A stretch of 64,000 bases of DNA, taken from contig CAWGSK010000012.1 of the NCBI GenBank assembly GCA_963825055.1, positions 160,001-224,000 on the forward strand. Direction: 5' to 3'. Below, piece by piece: positions 59,608 through 64,000 of this stretch. Both the position numbers and the translations under genes were made by a program. The stretch's first letter is position 1. Each line of letters begins with the position of its first letter. The notes under the pieces are model-generated. The model searched no databases. It was not told the DNA's origin and was given only the letters and a program-made list of their open reading frames with translations. The DNA comes from an uncultured Gemmatimonadales bacterium. Lineage in GTDB: Bacteria; Gemmatimonadota; Gemmatimonadetes; Gemmatimonadales; GWC2-71-9.

Positions 59608-61191
59608 ATGCTCGCGCGCATTCGTTCCGCCGCCGTACTCGGCATCGACGCCTATCCGGTCGACGTCGAGGTGGACATTACCAATGGCCTGCCGTCGTTT
59701 TCCACGGTTGGCCTGCCGCAGGGGGCCGTGAAGGAGGGGAGGGAGCGGGTCAACGCGGCGGTCGTGAACGCGGGCTTCAGTTTTCCCCTCAAGCGGATCA
59801 CGGTGAACCTCGCGCCGGCCGACATCCGGAAGGACGGTTCCGCGTTCGACCTGCCGATCGCGGTGGGGATCCTGGTCGCGAGCGGACAGCTGCCCGCGGA
59901 GGCGGTGCGGGACCTGTTCATCCTGGGGGAGGTCGGGCTCGAGGGAGACCTCCGCCCCGCCCGCGGCGCGCTTCCAATGGCCCTGGCGGCGCGGGAGGCC
60001 GCTGCGCCAGGGATCATCCTCCCCGCGCAGAACATCGCCGAGGCCGCGGTCGTGGAGGGCATCGCGGTCCACGGCGCGCGCACCCTGACCGAAGTTGCCC
60101 GCCACCTCATCGGCGAGGCGCCGCTGGCGCCGCACCGGGTGGACGTGGAGGCGTTGATGTCCGAGCGCCGCCAGGATGTCGTCGACTTCGCGGATGTGCG
60201 AAGCCAGACGGCGGCGAAACGCGCGCTGGAGGTCGCCGCCGCCGGCTCGCACAACATCCTGCTCATCGGTCCGCCGGGAACCGGCAAGACCATGCTGGCG
60301 CGGCGGCTCCCCACCATCCTCCCGACCATGAGCCTGGAGGAGGCGCTCGAAACCACCCGGATCCACAGTGTCGCCGGAACGCTGCCCGCAGGGCAGGCGC
60401 TCTGCGTCAGCCGCCCGTTCCGCGCCCCGCATCACACCATCAGCGATGCGGGGCTGATCGGCGGCGGCTCCACGCCCCGACCCGGCGAGGTCTCGCTCGC
60501 GCACGGCGGGGTGCTCTTTCTGGACGAGCTGCCCGAGTTCCGGAAGAACGTGCTGGAGGTGATGCGCCAGCCGATGGAGGATGGGGTGGTGACGTTGAGC
60601 CGGGCACTGATGAGCCTGACTTATCCGGCCAGGTTCATGCTGGCCGCGGCCATGAACCCATGTCCCTGTGGCTATCACGGTGACCCGACCCATACGTGCC
60701 ACTGTGGGCCACTGGCCGTGGAACGGTACCTGGGGCGCGTCTCAGGCCCACTCCTCGACCGGATCGATATCCACCTGCCCGTGCCGGCGGTATCATGGCA
60801 GGACCTGGCGGGCCGCGAGGGGGGAGAGCCCAGTGCCGATATCAGGGTCCGGGTCGATGCGGCCCGGCGCCGGCAGCGGGAGCGGTTCCGTGGCCGGCCC
60901 GGGGTGCACGCGAACGCGCACATGGGGCCGCGCGACCTCCGGCGCCACTGCGCGGTCACGCCCCCGGTAGAACAGATCCTCCGCACTGCCATCACCCGGC
61001 TCGGTCTCTCGGCGCGGGCCTACCACCGGGTCCTCAAGATCGCCCGTACGATCGCGGACCTGGCCGCCGCGGACGAGCTGGAGGTTTCCCACGTCGCGGA
61101 GGCGATCCAGTACCGCACCCTGGATCGCGCGGGCGCGAGTGCCTTCGCCCCGGGAGGGCCGGGCGGCTTCCGGTCGGGCCTCGCCGGGTAG
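59608..61191 (+). CDS. comM: YifB/ComM Mg-chelatase-like AAA+ ATPase
   Basis: VNLAPADIRKDG, GPPGTGKT, FRAPHHT, FLDELPEF, MNPCPCG, SGPLLDRID, ARTIADL. Confidence 0.93.
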   Translation: MLARIRSAAVLGIDAYPVDVEVDITNGLPSFSTVGLPQGAVKEGRERVNAAVVNAGFSFPLKRITVNLAPADIRKDGSAFDLPIAVGILVASGQLPAEAVRDLFILGEVGLEGDLRPARGALPMALAAREAAAPGIILPAQNIAEAAVVEGIAVHGARTLTEVARHLIGEAPLAPHRVDVEALMSERRQDVVDFADVRSQTAAKRALEVAAAGSHNILLIGPPGTGKTMLARRLPTILPTMSLEEALETTRIHSVAGTLPAGQALCVSRPFRAPHHTISDAGLIGGGSTPRPGEVSLAHGGVLFLDELPEFRKNVLEVMRQPMEDGVVTLSRALMSLTYPARFMLAAAMNPCPCGYHGDPTHTCHCGPLAVERYLGRVSGPLLDRIDIHLPVPAVSWQDLAGREGGEPSADIRVRVDAARRRQRERFRGRPGVHANAHMGPRDLRRHCAVTPPVEQILRTAITRLGLSARAYHRVLKIARTIADLAAADELEVSHVAEAIQYRTLDRAGASAFAPGGPGGFRSGLAG

Positions 61192-61224
61192 TACCTTCAG
61201 GGCCCTGGCCCTGGAGAGCGCCGC

Positions 61225-61677
61225 ATGGAGAGTGTGAGCCCCGGTCTACCCCCGGAGTCGGCCAGCGTTCGCGGGGACGGGCACGGGCCTGGTCGTGGAC
61301 GACGAGCCTATTGTGCGCGAGCTCGTAAAGCGTATGCTGGAGGAACGAGGTATTACGGTTCGGGCCGCGAGCGCAGGCCGGGAGGCGGTCGAGATGCTGG
61401 AGCAACTTGAGGTCAATGCCCTCATCACCGACCTCACCATGCCCGACATGAGCAGCACCGAGGTCGCACGGATCGCTCTGGGGCCCCACGCTCACCTCCC
61501 GGTCCTGTCTATCACCGGCCACCACGGCGGGGACGTCCGATAGGAAGCCGCCGGGCCACAACCGGCGGTGCTGCATAAGCCTTTTGCTCAGAGGGGTTGT
61601 TCGACGCCCTGGACCGCGCCTTTTCGCGCAACGGGGTACCGGTCGCCGGACCCGGACGTGGTACATTGCAGGCCTGA
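61225..61677 (+). pseudogene. Degraded single-domain response regulator (receiver)
   Basis: LVVDDE, ITDLTMP, SITG and LHKPF are in one frame but split by TAG 61541-61543; apparent frameshifts near 61273-61276 and ~61590. Confidence 0.75.
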
Positions 61678-61831
61678 TCCAATCGTGGGTGGTGTGCGAG
61701 GACGTACTCCCGATTCGTCACCGAGGATGTACGGTGGGGAGTGCCCAGCACGGGCGCACCCTCTCCCATCGTCCTCTATTCGTTCGCAGGGCCGAGCGCC
61801 CGACTCCAGATCTTGAGAGAAAGGTGAGTTC

Positions 61832-62434
61832 ATGGCTGCTTCCCGCTGGCTGCCTGTGTTGCTGATTGGGATCGTGGGCTGCACCCCGCTCGGGGGGTGG
61901 CTCTACGGCGATCCCAGCTTTGCCCTCACGGAGGTGCGGGTGCACGGCGACAACACCGCCACGGGAGATACGGTCGAGTTCCTGGTCATGGGGTGCAACC
62001 TGAACGACTTCGACCTGATGGGGACGTCGATGGCGATGTCGCTGAAGGTTGGCGGCCGCACGGTGAGCGAGACCCGGCTGGAGGGATACTACAGTCTCGG
62101 CATGCGGGACTCGACCCGGCTGCTGCAGCCCCTGTCCGTGCCGATCTCCGAACTGCGGAAGCAGAAGGGCGGCGGACGCCTCCCCTACGTGCTGGCGGGC
62201 GAAACCGTGCTGCAGACCCCGATTGGCGAGCGGACGGTACGGTTCCAGGTCAAGGGCGACGTCTCGGTCTCGGGAGACCCGCCGAAGCTGGTGACGACAG
62301 GCAGCCAGATCAGCTGCCACCCGGGGCGTTCCACCCTGCCGCCTGCCTGGCCGACCCCGGAATTCACGGGGCCCCCGATCGACGCTCCTCCACGCCTTCC
62401 GCCGGGACAGCGCCCCGGGGACCCGCCGCAGTAG
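61832..62434 (+). CDS. LEA type 2 (WHy) domain lipoprotein
   Basis: Lipobox IVG-C; NLNDFDL (NPN-like) motif; Pro-rich tail. Confidence 0.7.
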   Translation: MAASRWLPVLLIGIVGCTPLGGWLYGDPSFALTEVRVHGDNTATGDTVEFLVMGCNLNDFDLMGTSMAMSLKVGGRTVSETRLEGYYSLGMRDSTRLLQPLSVPISELRKQKGGGRLPYVLAGETVLQTPIGERTVRFQVKGDVSVSGDPPKLVTTGSQISCHPGRSTLPPAWPTPEFTGPPIDAPPRLPPGQRPGDPPQ

Positions 62435-63434
62435 GCTCCCGATCCACCCGGGCGAGGCGCTCCTGCATCTCCTGTGCGAGCCGCTCCCCCTCCCGGTACT
62501 GCTTCCGCGCGTTCCCCAGATGGGTGCCGACCTTCTCCCAGGCCTGCAGGAACCGGTCGAAGTCCTGCCGCAGCGCCCCCAGTTCCGCCTGGATCTCTCC
62601 CGCGCGTGATTCCAGCTGAAGTCCCCTGAGGCCGTGCAGCACGGCGGCCAGATAGGCGTAGAACGTATGCGGTGACACCGGGACCACGCGGTGGCGCATG
62701 GCGTGGCCAAGTGCGCTGTCTTCCCCGGCGGGCGTTTCATCCCGGATGAACGCCTCGTAGTACACTGCCTCCGCCGGTACGTACATGAGCGCGAAATCGT
62801 ACGTGGCCTCGTCCGGGCGGATGTACTTGTCGGCAATCTCCTCGATCCGTTCACGGATCGCTCGGCGGAAGGCGCGCCGGTGCCGGAGGGCTTCTTCACC
62901 ATCGGCCTCCAGCATCCGCTGGCAGGATTCGAGCGGGAATTTGGCGTCCACAGGCACGAGGCGCGTGCCCAGCCGGATCACCGCATCCACCCGCTCCCCC
63001 GAGGCGAAGGTGTACTGCGTCTCGTACAGTCCCTCGGGGAAAACCTGCCGCAGCATCTCCTCCAGCCACAGCTCCCCGAGGTTGCCGCGCAGCTTCGGCA
63101 CCTGGAGCAGGTCCCGCACGCCGTTCACCGCCTGGCCCATGTGCTCCAGCCGCCGGGTGATCTCCGTAAGCTGTCCCAGGCGCTCCCGGAGGTCGCGGAT
63201 GGTCATGCCTGTCTCCTCCAGCCGCCGGCCCACGGCGTGGTGCCCGGCGTCCAGCCTCCCGGTGAGCAGGGCGGAGAGATCCGTCATCTGGCGCACCATC
63301 GCCTCCTGCTGCCGCAGCCGTTCCTCGGCCAGGGCCTGGCGCAGGGGGGTGACGCGCGTGCGCTCACGCAGCTGGAGCGCGAGGACAGTGGCGAGCAGGA
63401 GGACGATGGCAACGAGAAGGACGGGGATCAGCAT
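62364..63434 (-). CDS. rmuC: DNA recombination protein RmuC
   Basis: TM anchor, coiled coil, RGNLGE, VDAKFPL, KYIRP, DFALMYVPAE, VSPHT. Confidence 0.9.
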   Translation of the reverse strand: MLIPVLLVAIVLLLATVLALQLRERTRVTPLRQALAEERLRQQEAMVRQMTDLSALLTGRLDAGHHAVGRRLEETGMTIRDLRERLGQLTEITRRLEHMGQAVNGVRDLLQVPKLRGNLGELWLEEMLRQVFPEGLYETQYTFASGERVDAVIRLGTRLVPVDAKFPLESCQRMLEADGEEALRHRRAFRRAIRERIEEIADKYIRPDEATYDFALMYVPAEAVYYEAFIRDETPAGEDSALGHAMRHRVVPVSPHTFYAYLAAVLHGLRGLQLESRAGEIQAELGALRQDFDRFLQAWEKVGTHLGNARKQYREGERLAQEMQERLARVDREPTAAGPRGAVPAEGVEERRSGAP

Positions 63435-63436
63435 GG

Positions 63437-63739
63437 TTACGGGGCCTGGACTGGTGGGGTGCACCGCTCCAGGGCGCGTTCGAGATAGACCTCGACCAGG
63501 TCGAAGTGCGGCGTCCGGCTGCGGTGCATCCAGTGGTCGCGGCAGCCCAGTGAACGGGCCGCATCCAGGAGAGCGGCCTCGTCCCGGGCGAGCAGGTGGC
63601 AGGTCCGCCGTCCCCGGCTCAGGAAGATGTTCTCGTGGACGGCGATGCCGCCCTCGGCGGCCCAGCCGCGCGCCTCGCGGACCTCACGGGGGAGGAAGTA
63701 GTGCCAGCCCGGTCGTGCCGTATTCGGAGGTTGTGTCAT
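63437..63739 (-). CDS. DUF4031-like small protein
   Basis: CHLLA....L...A..LG...W......HFDL pattern. Confidence 0.65.
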   Translation of the reverse strand: MTQPPNTARPGWHYFLPREVREARGWAAEGGIAVHENIFLSRGRRTCHLLARDEAALLDAARSLGCRDHWMHRSRTPHFDLVEVYLERALERCTPPVQAP

Positions 63740-63743
63740 GGCC

Positions 63744-63780
63744 AAAAGAAAAATGCCCTGCCCGGGAAGGGCAGGGCATT
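63744..63780 (-). terminator. Rho-independent terminator of the beta-barrel gene
   Basis: 12-bp stem AATGCCCTGCCC/GGGCAGGGCATT, 5-nt loop, T-rich tail on the minus strand. Confidence 0.85.
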
Positions 63781-63800
63781 CTCCATGTACCGCGTGGTGC

Positions 63801-64000
63801 TTACCGGCCGCCGAACTTCACGCCCACGGAGAACGGAATGTAGCCCTTGCTGCCACCAAAGTTGTCAGAGGTGCTCACGTTGAAATACCGGCCCTCGACG
63901 AAGATGGTGACCGAGCTCAGCATGAAGTTGATGCCCGCGCCGCCGTTGAAGGCCAGCTTGGTCTCGCTTTCGCTAAAGCCCGCGCCATCGTCGACTTTGA
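63801..64000 (-). CDS. Outer membrane beta-barrel protein, C-terminal part (5' end outside the window)
   Basis: Manual translation ...KLAFNGGAGINF..TIFVEGRY..YIPFSVGVKFGGR*, alternating beta-strand pattern. Confidence 0.75.
   Translation of the reverse strand, partial: KVDDGAGFSESETKLAFNGGAGINFMLSSVTIFVEGRYFNVSTSDNFGGSKGYIPFSVGVKFGGR

Noticed and set aside
59608..61191. comM as a mobile-element insertion site
   Set aside because: The gene is uninterrupted, with no integrase or att duplication nearby.

Overview
A ~70% GC bacterial chromosome segment made almost entirely of housekeeping and stress genes. The gene content and order suggest Gemmatimonadota, but that is inference only. I see no phage, IS/transposase, integrase, CRISPR array, rRNA or tRNA. 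Left to right: the 3' part of a B12-dependent class II ribonucleotide reductase; a stress-type cluster (frameshifted MBL-rhodanese fusion, DUF1206, endonuclease IV, KirBac channel, encapsulated-ferritin-like protein, rpiA, FNT, YflT-like protein); ispG; a Crp/Fnr regulator; two YtcJ-like amidohydrolases; pyk-MBL-pgi-fba; SRP RNA-dnaX-ybaB-recR-small protein-mglB-mglA-pgsA-cinA; grpE-dnaJ; ppk1; bshB1-iscS-mnmA-S9 peptidase; a TolC/adaptor/ATPase efflux operon with four MacB-type permeases; a giant NtrY-like kinase; M23, MOSC, PAP2, comM and rmuC. Most notable observations: (1) an AT-rich island at ~18.65-18.96 kb packed with DnaA-box-like 9-mers and with no dnaA nearby (candidate oriC); (2) seven genes with a TAnnnT -10 hexamer exactly 6 nt before the start codon and no SD (probable leaderless mRNAs); (3) an SRP RNA whose conserved GNRA tetraloop is replaced by a UCGCC loop; (4) a sigma54-type promoter before grpE-dnaJ; (5) an MglA with a ~30-aa insertion and a small membrane-anchored neighbour; (6) a cysteine-free exported peroxiredoxin-fold protein. 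All calls come from reading the sequence and recalling family motifs; no searches were run.
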